Shown: one piece after another, positions 1 to 9,998 of the stretch
Layout: the number at the start of each line of letters is the position of its first letter
Position numbering within the stretch: position 1 is the first letter of the stretch
Assembly: GCA_964502365.1 (NCBI GenBank)
Contig: CAZCWQ010000002.1
Span: 5,557-69,556 of the forward strand
DNA from: an uncultured Desulfobacterales bacterium
GTDB lineage: Bacteria; Desulfobacterota; Desulfobacteria; Desulfobacterales; C00003060
Length of the DNA stretch: 64,000 nt
Direction: 5' to 3'
Notes under the pieces: generated by a model
What the model was told of the DNA's origin: nothing
The model's input: only the letters and a program-made list of their open reading frames with translations
Databases searched by the model: none
Made by a program: the position numbers and the translations under genes

Positions 1-1
1 C

Positions 2-163
2 CACATCGGGCTTGAACAATCCGTTGAGCGGACGCTCGATTTCTTCCTTCGTGAGGCCCTTGCTTCAAAAGGAGGCGAGGTCCGTCCCGAAGAAGTGCGA
101 GATTCAGCCACGCTGTTGTCCCTGGTCGGTGACAAGTCCTTCGCCAACGGCAACGTTCCATGA
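2..163 (+). CDS. 3' end of an NAD-dependent sugar epimerase/decarboxylase (ArnA dehydrogenase-like), truncated by the window edge
   Basis: The frame is open from the window edge to TGA 161-163 and translates as HIGLEQSVERTLDFFLREAL.... The stop overlaps the arnD start (ATGA). The tail resembles SDR-type UDP-sugar enzyme C-termini, and arnD/arnT lie immediately downstream. Confidence 0.35.
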   Translation, partial: HIGLEQSVERTLDFFLREALASKGGEVRPEEVRDSATLLSLVGDKSFANGNVP

Positions 164-1071
164 AGGTAGGCCTGAGGATTGACGCGGATACCTTCAGGGG
201 AACGAAGTATGGCGTGCCGAACCTCATGAAACTCCTCTCCGGCCACGCAATTTCAGTATCGTTCTTCTTCTCTGTGGGGCCAGACAACATGGGCAGGCAT
301 CTGTGGCGGCTTGTTCGCCCCTCTTTTCTCGGAAAAATGCTCAGGTCAAAGGCTGCAAGCCTCTACGGATGGGATATCCTTCTGAAAGGCACACTGTGGC
401 CCGGCCCGGTTATCGGCAAAAAGCTGGGGGGTGTAATACGCTCTGCGTCGGAGGCCGGCCACGAGGTGGGGTTGCACGCATGGGATCATCATGCCTGGCA
501 GATCCATATTGATACGATGAGTCGTGGAGCCATCCATAGATGCCTGGACAGAGGCTTCGAGCTGCTAACGAGCATTGTCGGTCGACCGCCTGACTGTTCA
601 GCAGTACCAGGATGGAGATGCAACGATATTACACTCCTGGAAAAGGCCGGATTCCCTTTTAGATACAACAGTGACTGCAGGGGCGAGTGCATATTCTTGC
701 CGTTAGTGGATGGGGAGGTCCTGTCCCAGCCGCAGATTCCCGTGACCGTGCCTACCTATGATGAAGTGATCGGGCGCGGCGGGATATCCAACAGGAATTA
801 TAATGACTATATATTGTCCCTGTTCAAACCGGACAGGCTCAATGTCCTGACCATTCATGCTGAAGTGGAAGGCATGGCATGTCTTGTCATGTTCGAAAGG
901 TTTCTAAAAATGGCACGATCGAGAGGGGTATCCTTAGTTCCACTGGGGACGTTCCTCAAGGAACGAGCGCCTATGGGTCATGCAACGATTATCAAAATGC
1001 CGATTCAAGGCCGCGAAGGATGGGTCTCATGCCAGTCAACAGTGAAAAGACAGGCGGAAATTGATTCATGA
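160..1071 (+). CDS. arnD: 4-deoxy-4-formamido-L-arabinose-phosphoundecaprenol deformylase (polysaccharide deacetylase family)
   Basis: 303 aa, MKVGLRIDADTFRG...FFFSVGPDNMGRHLWR...HAWDH. This is the typical ArnD/NodB-fold pattern. The stop overlaps the arnT start by 4 nt. Confidence 0.8.
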   Translation: MKVGLRIDADTFRGTKYGVPNLMKLLSGHAISVSFFFSVGPDNMGRHLWRLVRPSFLGKMLRSKAASLYGWDILLKGTLWPGPVIGKKLGGVIRSASEAGHEVGLHAWDHHAWQIHIDTMSRGAIHRCLDRGFELLTSIVGRPPDCSAVPGWRCNDITLLEKAGFPFRYNSDCRGECIFLPLVDGEVLSQPQIPVTVPTYDEVIGRGGISNRNYNDYILSLFKPDRLNVLTIHAEVEGMACLVMFERFLKMARSRGVSLVPLGTFLKERAPMGHATIIKMPIQGREGWVSCQSTVKRQAEIDS

Positions 1072-2711
1072 AAAAGCCTTCTATTGCAGTCATGGGCCTC
1101 TTCCTTCTGGTCTATATCGTGCCCCTTGGTGTGCGGCCCATGTTTATCCCAGATGAGCCCCGTTACGCGGAGATTCCGCGGGAGATGATCGCCTCCGGTG
1201 ATTGGGTAGTTCCTTATCTGAACGGTCTGAGGTATTTCGAAAAGCCCGTGGCGGGTTACTGGATAAACGCAGGGTCGATAATGGTTTTTGGTGAAAATGC
1301 GTTTGCCGTGCGATTCCCCTCAGCCCTGGCGACTGGGATCTCGGCGTTGATACTATTTTTTCTAGTGACAAGATTTGCAGGCGGGCGTTTGGCCGGGGTT
1401 CTCACTGCCGCGGTCTTTCTGACCTGCGTGGAAGTATTTGTAATCGGCACAACCGGTATCTTAGACAGCCTGCTTTCCCTGTTCATAACTGCGGCCATGG
1501 TGTCATTCTTTTTTGCCCACATGGAAGAGAGGCCGATAAAGAAGACCGGTCTCCTTGCATTGTCCGGGATTTTTTGCGCCCTGGCATTCCTCACAAAGGG
1601 GTTCCTTGGCTTTGCGATACCACTGGTTGCCATCATTCCGTTCCTGATCTGGGAACGCCGGTGGAAAGAACTTGTAAAGGTCTGCCTGGCTATGGTTATT
1701 TCAGCTGGCCTGGTCTGCCTGCCGTGGGCCGTCATGATCTACACCCGGGAACACGATTTCTGGGATTTTTTTGTCTGGAATGAACATATAAGACGATTCG
1801 TGGCTGACAGCGCGCAGCACAAAGAACCGTTCTGGTATTTCTTCCTGCTCCTTCCGGGAGCCGCTCTGCCATGGACTTTTCTCTTTCCTGCGGCAATCTC
1901 GGGTATGAAGCAGTCGGATTTTAAAAACCCCTTCATCCGTTTTGCGGTTTGCTGGTTTCTTTTCCCGTTTCTGTTCTTTTCGGTCTCCAATGGAAAGCTG
2001 CTCACATACATCCTGCCATGCTTTCCACCGCTTGCGGTTCTCATAACAATAGGGCTTCGCAGTTACTTGGAAAGAGGCAAAACAAGGGCGTTCACGGTCG
2101 GCGCCTTGCTATTTGCCCTGGTGACCGCCCTTCTCACAGTCTCATTACTGGTGGTTCAGACAGCGGATTTTCATGGATTGAAGCCGTATGCCCAAACCTG
2201 GAAATGGGCTCTCGCCATGGCCGGATTCCTGTCGTGGTCGTTGTTCCTGTTGTTTTCCATCAGGCAATCAGAGCACCAAAAAAAGATAATGCTGTACAGT
2301 GCCGCTCCGGTACTCTTGATGTTTATCGCCCACTTTATAATGCCGGACCCGACTATGGATCATAAGGCGCCGGGAGAGTTTCTGCTTCGTCATTCCAATA
2401 GAATTCGGCCGGATACCATTCTTGTTTCAGAAGATGACCCGGTGCGAGCCGTTTGCTGGTTCTACAGGCGAAGCGACGTCTATCTCCTTGGACAAGCAGG
2501 CGAGTTGTCTTATGGACTCCATTTTGAAGACTCGAAGGATCGCCTGCTGAACCCGGAGCAATTTGAGGAGCTAGTCCTTAAGAATCGCGGAACAGGACGC
2601 GTTACGCTGATTGCCAGAGCAAGGAGCTACAAAAAGTGGAAGCAAGATTTTCCTGAACCACTGTTTGAGGACAGCAGCGGTAACGGCGGCTTTGTGTTTG
2701 TGCAGTTTTAG
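1068..2711 (+). CDS. arnT: Undecaprenyl-phosphate 4-amino-4-deoxy-L-arabinose transferase (GT39/GT83-like)
   Basis: 547 aa polytopic membrane protein. The N-terminal PDEPRYAEIPREM motif and the multi-TM layout are typical of ArnT/PMT-type glycosyltransferases. It is translationally coupled to arnD. Confidence 0.8.
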   Translation: MKKPSIAVMGLFLLVYIVPLGVRPMFIPDEPRYAEIPREMIASGDWVVPYLNGLRYFEKPVAGYWINAGSIMVFGENAFAVRFPSALATGISALILFFLVTRFAGGRLAGVLTAAVFLTCVEVFVIGTTGILDSLLSLFITAAMVSFFFAHMEERPIKKTGLLALSGIFCALAFLTKGFLGFAIPLVAIIPFLIWERRWKELVKVCLAMVISAGLVCLPWAVMIYTREHDFWDFFVWNEHIRRFVADSAQHKEPFWYFFLLLPGAALPWTFLFPAAISGMKQSDFKNPFIRFAVCWFLFPFLFFSVSNGKLLTYILPCFPPLAVLITIGLRSYLERGKTRAFTVGALLFALVTALLTVSLLVVQTADFHGLKPYAQTWKWALAMAGFLSWSLFLLFSIRQSEHQKKIMLYSAAPVLLMFIAHFIMPDPTMDHKAPGEFLLRHSNRIRPDTILVSEDDPVRAVCWFYRRSDVYLLGQAGELSYGLHFEDSKDRLLNPEQFEELVLKNRGTGRVTLIARARSYKKWKQDFPEPLFEDSSGNGGFVFVQF

Positions 2712-2779
2712 AATGATATCCAGCAGGAAAAAAAGAAATTATATGGAACTATTTGTTGACCTTAGACAAAGAGGTAAAA

Positions 2780-4492
2780 ATGAATTTTTCAATAAAAGTG
2801 GACCCGAAAACCTGGCAAAAATACATGGCTGTTCGCCACAAGGGCCGGGCCCTTCTCACCGATCCCTTTACAAACAAGGGCTCGGCTTTTACCAACCGTG
2901 AGAGAGAGGAGCTCGACATCCTTGGGCTGTTGCCACCTCACATCTCAACTATGGAGGAACAACTGGAGCGAAGCTACGGAAATTTTAGGGCCCTACCAAA
3001 CGATCTTGAGAAGTTTTGCTTTTTGGAAAGCCTCCACGACAGAAACGAAACACTCTTCTACCGGCAGTTGCACGAGCACATGGACGAGATGATACCGATC
3101 GTATACACTCCCACCGTAGGGGAAGTATGCCAAAAATTCTCACACATCTATCGGCGTGCAAGGGGCCTCTATATAAGTTGCGATCACATAAACAACATAG
3201 AGAGGATCTTTGGTAACTTCTATACCAAGAACCCCTCCGTGATCGTCGTAACCGACGGCGAGCGCATCCTTGGACTTGGTGATCAGGGAGCTGGCGGGAT
3301 AGGAATCCCAATTGGAAAGCTCTGCCTTTACACGCTTGGGGCCGGTGTTTCTCCATACAGTACACTGCCAATCATGCTGGACGTAGGCACCGACAATGAA
3401 GATCGGCACAAAGACCCCCTGTACCTCGGTCTCCGGCAGAGGCGGATCCGGGGTAAAGAATACCAAGCATTCATCGATAAATTCGTGGATGCCGTTTGCA
3501 AGGTCTTTCCGAATACTCTGCTTCAGTGGGAGGACTTCCAGAGAGACAACGCGATAAGGCAGCTGAATCGGTTCAAGGAAAAATTATGTACCTTCAACGA
3601 TGACATACAGGGAACTGGAAGCGCAACCCTCGCATTCATATGCAGAGTACTAACTATTACAGGTCAGCCAATCCGAGACAACCGTATCCTTCTTGCCGGA
3701 GCAGGTGCAGCAGCATACGGGATTGCCAACCTCATTGTATCGGCCCTGCATGAAGAAGGATTATCGCTTGAAGAGGCGCGAAAGCATATCTGGATGGTCG
3801 ACAGCAAGGGACTTGTGACCAAGGCGCGCTCGGGGTTAGAGGAATTCAAGGCCGGCTATGCTAGGGAACTTGATGACATAGCCACGTACGAATGCAAGAA
3901 CCGTTCAAGGATAAGTTTGGAAGAAGCGATCACAAACGCCAGACCAACCATTCTCATTGGCACAACAGCGACTCCGGGGCTATTCAACGAAACCGTGGTG
4001 AGACTTATGGCCGAGATCAATGAGCGTCCCGTTATTCTCCCACTATCTAATCCCACGTCTAAAAGCGAGTGCAAGCCGGAGGAGGCCATCAAATGGTCCC
4101 AGGGCAGGGCGATCGTGGCCACTGGAAGCCCGTTCCCCCCAGTGGAGTACAACGGGCGAAATTATAAGATTGGCCAGTGCAACAACTTTTTCATCTTTCC
4201 TGGCATCGGGCTCGGTGTGACGGTTGGCAGTATCAGGCGTATAACCGACAAAATGTTCCTAGCCGCGGCTAAAGCGCTCTCAGAGAAGATCACCGACGGT
4301 AACTCCGAGCAGTTCGCTGTCTTTCCCGAACTCCGGCGAATTCGAGAATGCTCCCACGCTGTAGCCTGCGCCGTAATCAGATGCGCCGTGTCCGAAGGTC
4401 ACGCAGATGAGGAGGTTCTTATAAAATTGGAGGAGACTGTCCGGGACGCCATGTGGTTCCCGGAATACTTGCCTATGCGCTATGAAAGATGA
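2780..4492 (+). CDS. maeA: NAD-dependent malic enzyme
   Basis: Full-length match to the malic enzyme pattern (FTNKGSAF...VYTPTVG...VVTDGERILGLGDQG...GAGAAAYGIA). ATG 2780 is preceded by GAGGT. The ORF track starts at an upstream TTG (2753). Confidence 0.9.
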   Translation: MNFSIKVDPKTWQKYMAVRHKGRALLTDPFTNKGSAFTNREREELDILGLLPPHISTMEEQLERSYGNFRALPNDLEKFCFLESLHDRNETLFYRQLHEHMDEMIPIVYTPTVGEVCQKFSHIYRRARGLYISCDHINNIERIFGNFYTKNPSVIVVTDGERILGLGDQGAGGIGIPIGKLCLYTLGAGVSPYSTLPIMLDVGTDNEDRHKDPLYLGLRQRRIRGKEYQAFIDKFVDAVCKVFPNTLLQWEDFQRDNAIRQLNRFKEKLCTFNDDIQGTGSATLAFICRVLTITGQPIRDNRILLAGAGAAAYGIANLIVSALHEEGLSLEEARKHIWMVDSKGLVTKARSGLEEFKAGYARELDDIATYECKNRSRISLEEAITNARPTILIGTTATPGLFNETVVRLMAEINERPVILPLSNPTSKSECKPEEAIKWSQGRAIVATGSPFPPVEYNGRNYKIGQCNNFFIFPGIGLGVTVGSIRRITDKMFLAAAKALSEKITDGNSEQFAVFPELRRIRECSHAVACAVIRCAVSEGHADEEVLIKLEETVRDAMWFPEYLPMRYER

Positions 4493-4576
4493 GAGAAAGT
4501 GATACGAATCTAGAAAGTGTGTCGGGCGTTACAACGGCAATTATGGCCTGTGGTGTGCCATCCTAGAGAAAGGAGA

Positions 4577-6109
4577 ATGATCGTGCAGAAGCCGATCGAT
4601 AACTCACATCACTTGTTAGCCGACTGGAGTGCTAAAAAAGTCTTCTCGCTGGGGATAGCCTCGATGCTTCTGTCAGTGTGTTTACTGATTGCATGTACCC
4701 AGCAGGATGAAGGGACAAAGAAACCGGCCGGCGAGTTCGCATCACCAAAACCGACTCGTGTAGAGGCGGAGGAGAACCCGAAAACGCCGGCAGTCTTCAG
4801 CACGGCCATTGAGCGCGTAGCGGAGCAAACGATCCCTGCTGTTGTACACATCGAGGTGACTGAACGTGAAGAGGTGTTAAACCCCTTAACGCCTTTTGAA
4901 AATGATCCCTTTTTCCGGCACTTTTTTGGCATTCCCCAGTTGCCTCGAAAATTCAAACGTGAATTAAAAGGTCTTGGAACCGGAATGATCATGGACATTG
5001 AAGGCCACATCCTCACCAATAACCACGTGGCTGGAGGTGCGACCAAGATAGAGGTGCTACTTGCCAGTGGGAAAAGATACCCCGCCAAACTAATAGGCGC
5101 AGATCCCAAGACCGATCTGGCAGTGATAAAAATATCAGCAGAGAAATCACTGCCCCATGTTAGCTTCGGCGACTCGGACAAGGTAAATGTCGGTGCGTGG
5201 GTGGTGGCCATCGGCCATCCCAGAGGCTTGGATCAAACCGTCACCCAGGGGATCATCAGCGCCAAGCACAGGACCGGAATCATGGACCCAAGCAGTTACC
5301 AGGATTTTCTTCAAACAGACGCCGCCATCAATCCCGGCAACAGCGGTGGGCCCTTGCTGAACCTTCAAGGGGAGGTTATCGGAGTTAACGCCGCCATCGT
5401 GTCCCAATCCGGTGGGTTTGAAGGGATCGGGTTTGCCATTCCAAGTAATATGGCCCGTCATGTTGCCCAAGTGCTGATTGCTCATGGCAAGGTGGAACGG
5501 GGCTGGCTCGGTGTCACCATTCAGGATCTCACCCCCAAGCTGGCTATCGCTTTTGACGTGGAAACCACAAAGGGGGCATTGATTGCCGAGGTAGTCAAAG
5601 GCGGGCCGGCAGAGAAGGCGGGTATGAAAAGCGGCGATATTGTGATTGCTTATGCTGGCAAGTCTATCGAAAACAGTAGCAGCCTCCGGAATGAGGTGGC
5701 CCTCACTCCCATAGGCCGTGAGGTAAGTGTGACCCTCCTGCGCCATGGGAAGCAGATAGAACTTACGGTTAGGATCGGCAACCTGCAAGATGCGACAAAG
5801 ATGCTCTCCGTCTCGATTAAGCAACGGTTGGGCGGACAGGTGCGGTCTGTGACATCTAAAGAGACGGAAGAGTACGGTTTGAATCGTCAGCAAGGGGTCG
5901 TCATCGTTTCAGTTGATCCAAAGGGGCCCCTCTGGCAAGTCGGTTTTGAGGTGGGAGATATTATCCTGGAAATCAACGGCAAGACTATTGAGGACGCGGA
6001 AAGTCTTGCCGATGTCCTGAGAACTATACAACCACGCCAACGAATAGCCGTGCTTGCACTGGATCACCGCAGCGGCAATACGGGCTACGTTGAGGTGGTG
6101 GTTCAATAA
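4577..6109 (+). CDS. Periplasmic serine endoprotease DegP/HtrA family (trypsin domain plus 2 PDZ domains)
   Basis: Catalytic motifs HILTNNHV, DLAVIK and GNSGGPL are present, followed by two PDZ-like segments. ATG 4577 is preceded by AAAGGAGA, and there is an N-terminal membrane anchor. Confidence 0.9.
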   Translation: MIVQKPIDNSHHLLADWSAKKVFSLGIASMLLSVCLLIACTQQDEGTKKPAGEFASPKPTRVEAEENPKTPAVFSTAIERVAEQTIPAVVHIEVTEREEVLNPLTPFENDPFFRHFFGIPQLPRKFKRELKGLGTGMIMDIEGHILTNNHVAGGATKIEVLLASGKRYPAKLIGADPKTDLAVIKISAEKSLPHVSFGDSDKVNVGAWVVAIGHPRGLDQTVTQGIISAKHRTGIMDPSSYQDFLQTDAAINPGNSGGPLLNLQGEVIGVNAAIVSQSGGFEGIGFAIPSNMARHVAQVLIAHGKVERGWLGVTIQDLTPKLAIAFDVETTKGALIAEVVKGGPAEKAGMKSGDIVIAYAGKSIENSSSLRNEVALTPIGREVSVTLLRHGKQIELTVRIGNLQDATKMLSVSIKQRLGGQVRSVTSKETEEYGLNRQQGVVIVSVDPKGPLWQVGFEVGDIILEINGKTIEDAESLADVLRTIQPRQRIAVLALDHRSGNTGYVEVVVQ

Positions 6110-6175
6110 GAAGACACACGAAATCCCAAGGCTTTACGTGCTCCCTATATATAGAACGGTCTGAGGTGGCCCATA

Positions 6176-8731
6176 GTGAGACGAAGAGTTTTTCATAGTC
6201 TGACTCCGCTATTCGGGCTCCTCCTCTTTTGTGCAGCCCTCTGGATCCTGCATCACGAACTCAAAGCATATCATTTTCATGACATTATGCGTGATTTGCG
6301 TGGGTTGCCCACGCATCGCCTTTTTCTTGCTCTTGCACTCACTTTCATGAGCTACCTGGTAATGACCGGATACGACGCCCTGGCCTTGCGTTACATCCAT
6401 CATCCCCTCTCATACGGAAAAACCGCTCTGGCCTCCTTTATCGGTTATGCCTTCAGCAATAATATCGGGCTCTCAATGATTGCCGGTGCGTCTGTTCGCT
6501 ACTGTCTGTACTCGGCTTGGGGGCTTTCGGCCTTTGAGATCACCAAGGTGGTCGCTTTCTGCGGCCTGACCCTCTGGTTTGGGTTTTTTACCCTCGGGGG
6601 CCTGACATTTCTCATTGAGCCGATGGCTATTCCCGCAGTGCTTCACCTCCCTTTTGCCTCTGCCCGTCCGCTTGGCATGCTTCTCTTCGCGCTGGTGGCG
6701 GCTTATCTTTTGTGGAGCGTCTTGAGGAAGAGACCGTTGACGATTCGGGAATGGGAGTTTCCTTTGCCCTCCGCCGGCCTCTTTCTCATACAAATGGCAC
6801 TCGCTTCTGTGGATTGGATCTTGGCCGCCAGCGTGCTCTACGCTTTGATGCCCGCTGTGCCAAACATGTCCTATCCGGGATTTCTTTGCGTTTATATGCT
6901 GGCCCAATTGGCCGGGCTACTGAGCCAGGTCCCTGGGGGCCTGGGCATCTTTGAGACGGTGGTCCTCTTGCTCTTGTCTCCCATGTTGCCTGCCTCTGAG
7001 ATCCTTGGAGTCCTTTTGGCTTACCGGGGCATGTACTACCTTCTACCCCTTGGCGTGGCCGTGGCCCTGCTTGGAATCCAGGAGGTCCTGCAAAAGAAAG
7101 ACAAAGTCCAGCGTTTCACCCGAATCTTTGGTCAATGGGTCTCAGGTGTGGTGCCGCCCATCCTGAGCTTTACAATTCTTGTGGGCGGCGCACTTCTCCT
7201 CTTCTCTGGGTCCACGCCGGCGGTGAGCCGGCGGCTGATGTGGCTGAAAGACTTCATGCCCCTGTCGGTTCTCGAAATCTCGCATTTTCTCGGAAGCTTG
7301 GCCGGTACGGGTCTTCTGCTTTTGGCGTGGGGCTTAAAACGCAGGCTCGACGCGGCCTACGTCTTTACTATAGCCCTTCTTGCCTGTGGGGCACTATTTT
7401 CCTTGCTCAAGGGATTGGATTATGAGGAGGCCTTTGCCCTGTTGGTTATGCTCAGCGCATTGCTTCCCTGTCGCCATCATTTCTACAGGAAGGCCTCACT
7501 TTTTAGCCAGCGTTTCGATCCAGGCTGGATCGTCCTTGTCACTATTGTGCTCGCGTGCTCGGTCTGGCTGGGAATGTTTTCGTACAAACACGTGGAATAC
7601 TCTCATAATCTCTGGTGGCGTTTTGCTTTCTCCGGCAATGCCCCGCGGTTTTTGCGTAGCATTGTCGGTGCGACAGGGGTCATCCTATTTTTCGGCCTGG
7701 CAAAACTTCTAAGCCCTGCCGCGCCAAAGGTAACTCGAACACGGGAGGAGGATTTGGATAAGGTCCTTGGGATTGTCAAAACATCTCGCAAGGTCTATGC
7801 AAACCTTGCTCTCCTCGGCGACAAGGCATTCCTTTTTAGCAAAAATGGTAGCGCCTTCATCATGTATGGCGTTGAAGGCCGGAGCTGGGTGGCAATGGGG
7901 GACCCCATCGGCCGGGAGGAAGAATGGGCTGAGCTTGCCTGGCATTTTAGGGAGATATGCGACCGCTACGATGGGTGGCCTGTATTCTACGAGGTAGGAA
8001 CGGAAAAACTTCATCTGTACCTGGATCTAGGGTTTACCTCACTAAAGCTGGGGGAGGAGGCTAGCATCCCGCTGGAAAGATTCTCCTTAGAGGGGGGCGC
8101 TCGAAAGGGGCTGCGGTATACCGCCAACAAACTCGAAAAGGGAAGATATATTTTTGAGGTGATTCCTCTGGAAAAGATCCCTGCCTTCCTGCCAGAATTT
8201 AGAAGTATTTCAGATTCCTGGCTGGAGCATAAAGCCACCAGAGAGAAGCGATTCTCTCTGGGATTCTTTGACGCGGAGTATTTGAAACAGTTCCCAGCAT
8301 GTATTGTACGAAAGGATCATAAGGTCATTGCCTTCGCCAATATCTGGTCAGGTGCAGAGAAGGAAGAACTGTCTATCGACCTCATGCGGTACCTCCCCGA
8401 GGCGCCTCGTGACGTGATGGAGTATCTTTTCATTAAGCTTATGCTTTGGGGCAAGCGAGAGGGATATCGGCGGTTCAATCTCGGCATGGCGCCCCTTTCA
8501 GGCATTGAAGACCATGCCCTTGCCCCGCTCTGGAATCGCCTTGGGACATTTATCTTCCGTCATGGGGAACATTTTTATAACCTCAAGGGTCTCCGGCAAT
8601 ATAAGGAAAAGTTTGATCCTGAGTGGGTGGCGAAGTATCTTGCCTCGCCGGGCGGTCTTGTGTTGCCGCGCATTCTGGCTAACATCGCTTCACTGATATC
8701 CGGAGGCGTAAAAGGGGTCATCGCGAAATGA
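6176..8731 (+). CDS. mprF: Bifunctional lysylphosphatidylglycerol flippase/synthetase MprF
   Basis: 851 aa with a long N-terminal multi-TM flippase region and a C-terminal aminoacyl-PG synthase domain (RFSLGFFD...DLMRY...GYRRFNLGMAPLSG...FKEKFDPEW). Confidence 0.85.
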   Translation: MRRRVFHSLTPLFGLLLFCAALWILHHELKAYHFHDIMRDLRGLPTHRLFLALALTFMSYLVMTGYDALALRYIHHPLSYGKTALASFIGYAFSNNIGLSMIAGASVRYCLYSAWGLSAFEITKVVAFCGLTLWFGFFTLGGLTFLIEPMAIPAVLHLPFASARPLGMLLFALVAAYLLWSVLRKRPLTIREWEFPLPSAGLFLIQMALASVDWILAASVLYALMPAVPNMSYPGFLCVYMLAQLAGLLSQVPGGLGIFETVVLLLLSPMLPASEILGVLLAYRGMYYLLPLGVAVALLGIQEVLQKKDKVQRFTRIFGQWVSGVVPPILSFTILVGGALLLFSGSTPAVSRRLMWLKDFMPLSVLEISHFLGSLAGTGLLLLAWGLKRRLDAAYVFTIALLACGALFSLLKGLDYEEAFALLVMLSALLPCRHHFYRKASLFSQRFDPGWIVLVTIVLACSVWLGMFSYKHVEYSHNLWWRFAFSGNAPRFLRSIVGATGVILFFGLAKLLSPAAPKVTRTREEDLDKVLGIVKTSRKVYANLALLGDKAFLFSKNGSAFIMYGVEGRSWVAMGDPIGREEEWAELAWHFREICDRYDGWPVFYEVGTEKLHLYLDLGFTSLKLGEEASIPLERFSLEGGARKGLRYTANKLEKGRYIFEVIPLEKIPAFLPEFRSISDSWLEHKATREKRFSLGFFDAEYLKQFPACIVRKDHKVIAFANIWSGAEKEELSIDLMRYLPEAPRDVMEYLFIKLMLWGKREGYRRFNLGMAPLSGIEDHALAPLWNRLGTFIFRHGEHFYNLKGLRQYKEKFDPEWVAKYLASPGGLVLPRILANIASLISGGVKGVIAK

Positions 8732-8755
8732 AACAGGCATCTAATTCCGAAAAAC

Positions 8756-8944
8756 TTGGGCCTCAAGGAGCTCATTGCCATGGGTGTGGGCGGTATGGTG
8801 GGTGGCGGTATCTTTTCTGTCCTCGGGCTTTCGGTTGCCCTTTCCGGCCATGCGGCGCCCATCGCATTCGCCCTGGGTGGTCTCATTGCCCTTGTATCCG
8901 GGTTTTCCTACACCAAGTTGGGCCTGACCTATCACCTCGTGTAA
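8756..8944 (+). pseudogene. N-terminal fragment (about 62 codons) of an APC-family amino acid permease
   Basis: The translation LGLKELIAMGVGGMVGGGIFSVLG...FSYTKLGLTY* matches only the first two TM segments of APC permeases (compare the intact paralog at 55986-58280, FSYAELASVYPKSGG). It has only a TTG start, and the rest of the permease is absent. Confidence 0.55.
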
Positions 8945-9057
8945 AAAAACCACATGGTACACATGGCCAATGAACTAACCTTTCTTGCCTGGAGCAGGAC
9001 CAGCATTGGGGTTATGGCCAGTGTGTCCATGACCTGCCGTCCGGAACACTGGCAGGT

Positions 9058-9087
9058 CTTTACAAATTGTAATCTTTGTGAAAGATT
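9058..9087 (+). promoter_or_regulatory. Conserved 30-nt motif, copy A (CTTTACAAATTGTAATCTTTGTGAAAGATT), upstream of uspA
   Basis: It contains the perfect palindrome TTACAA-A-TTGTAA (9060-9072). It is followed by TTGAAA-17 nt-TATTAT, a sigma70-like promoter, and lies about 55 nt upstream of the uspA ATG. Confidence 0.45.
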
Positions 9088-9139
9088 TGAAAAACTACGG
9101 GTTGTTGTCTATTATTCATCTTGAAAGGAGGATATTAAA

Positions 9140-9592
9140 ATGGAACAGCAAGCGACAGTGTGTCCTTTGGCGAAAGGTGAGAGAATCCTTGTCGGAGTGG
9201 ATGGATCCAAGTATAGCCAGAAGGCCCTTGATCAGGCGATAAGCCTGGCGAAGGTATGCAATAGCACCCTTTTTGCGATCAGCGTCGTAGAAATCTATCC
9301 GGAAACACTGGCGATTGCACCCGAGCTGGAAGAAAAGATGTCACACAAGGCGCGGGAAATCCTTCAAAGAGCCAAGGACAAGGCCGCGAAAGAAAATATA
9401 CCATGCCAGACGATTGTGCATATGGGTGCACAGCCTCATGAGTTTGTCGTTCAAGAGGCAAAGGAAAAAGATATTGACCTCATCGTGCTAGGAATACATG
9501 GAAGGACAGGGCTAAAGAAGCTAATGATTGGCAGTGTCGCTGAGAGAGTAATTGGCCATGCACCATGTGCTGTAATGGTTACCCCGGCTTAA
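9140..9592 (+). CDS. Universal stress protein (UspA family)
   Basis: 150 aa, ILVGVDGS...DLIVLGIHGRTGLKKLMIGSVAERVIGHAPCAVMV. The ATG is preceded by GAAAGGAGG. Confidence 0.85.
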   Translation: MEQQATVCPLAKGERILVGVDGSKYSQKALDQAISLAKVCNSTLFAISVVEIYPETLAIAPELEEKMSHKAREILQRAKDKAAKENIPCQTIVHMGAQPHEFVVQEAKEKDIDLIVLGIHGRTGLKKLMIGSVAERVIGHAPCAVMVTPA

Positions 9593-9998
9593 AGGAAAGT
9601 AAGACTAAAAACAGTGCTTCCCGTAACGCCCGTTAGGGAATGTGTGAAGCCTCTCCCGCCCTGAAGGGCGGGCCTTGCGGGGAGCAACCCGGTCAACCGT
9701 TGGTGAAGGGGGTTTCTAAGCACAAGGAGGACAGTTCCTAAATATACTGATGAAGAAGCTTGTCAGTGTATCGGGTTGCCTACTGAAACATGTACCGGAG
9801 CAAGGAGAGACTTCGCCTTTTGGCTCAAATCCTTAGCCTGTGGGCCTCAAGGAAATAACCTCTGAATGAAGCATACTTTTGCCAATTTTCTGCTAACCTG
9901 ACTCTTCATCGCCCGCCATACCGACTGATTCCCAAACCAATTGCTTCCATTGATCTGCTTTACAGGAACCATGTGCCCGGAACCTCCAACCGGAAAAC

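Noticed and set aside
4609-5893. Long antisense ORFs inside real genes, for example 4609-5211(-), 5147-5893(-), 10184-10861(-), 33296-33958(-), 50618-51157(-) and 60649-61101(+).
   Set aside because: Each lies opposite a gene with a clear family assignment. Their composition is skewed (Arg/Pro/Gly/Ser-rich) and they lack ribosome-binding sites, which is typical of shadow ORFs in moderately GC-rich DNA.
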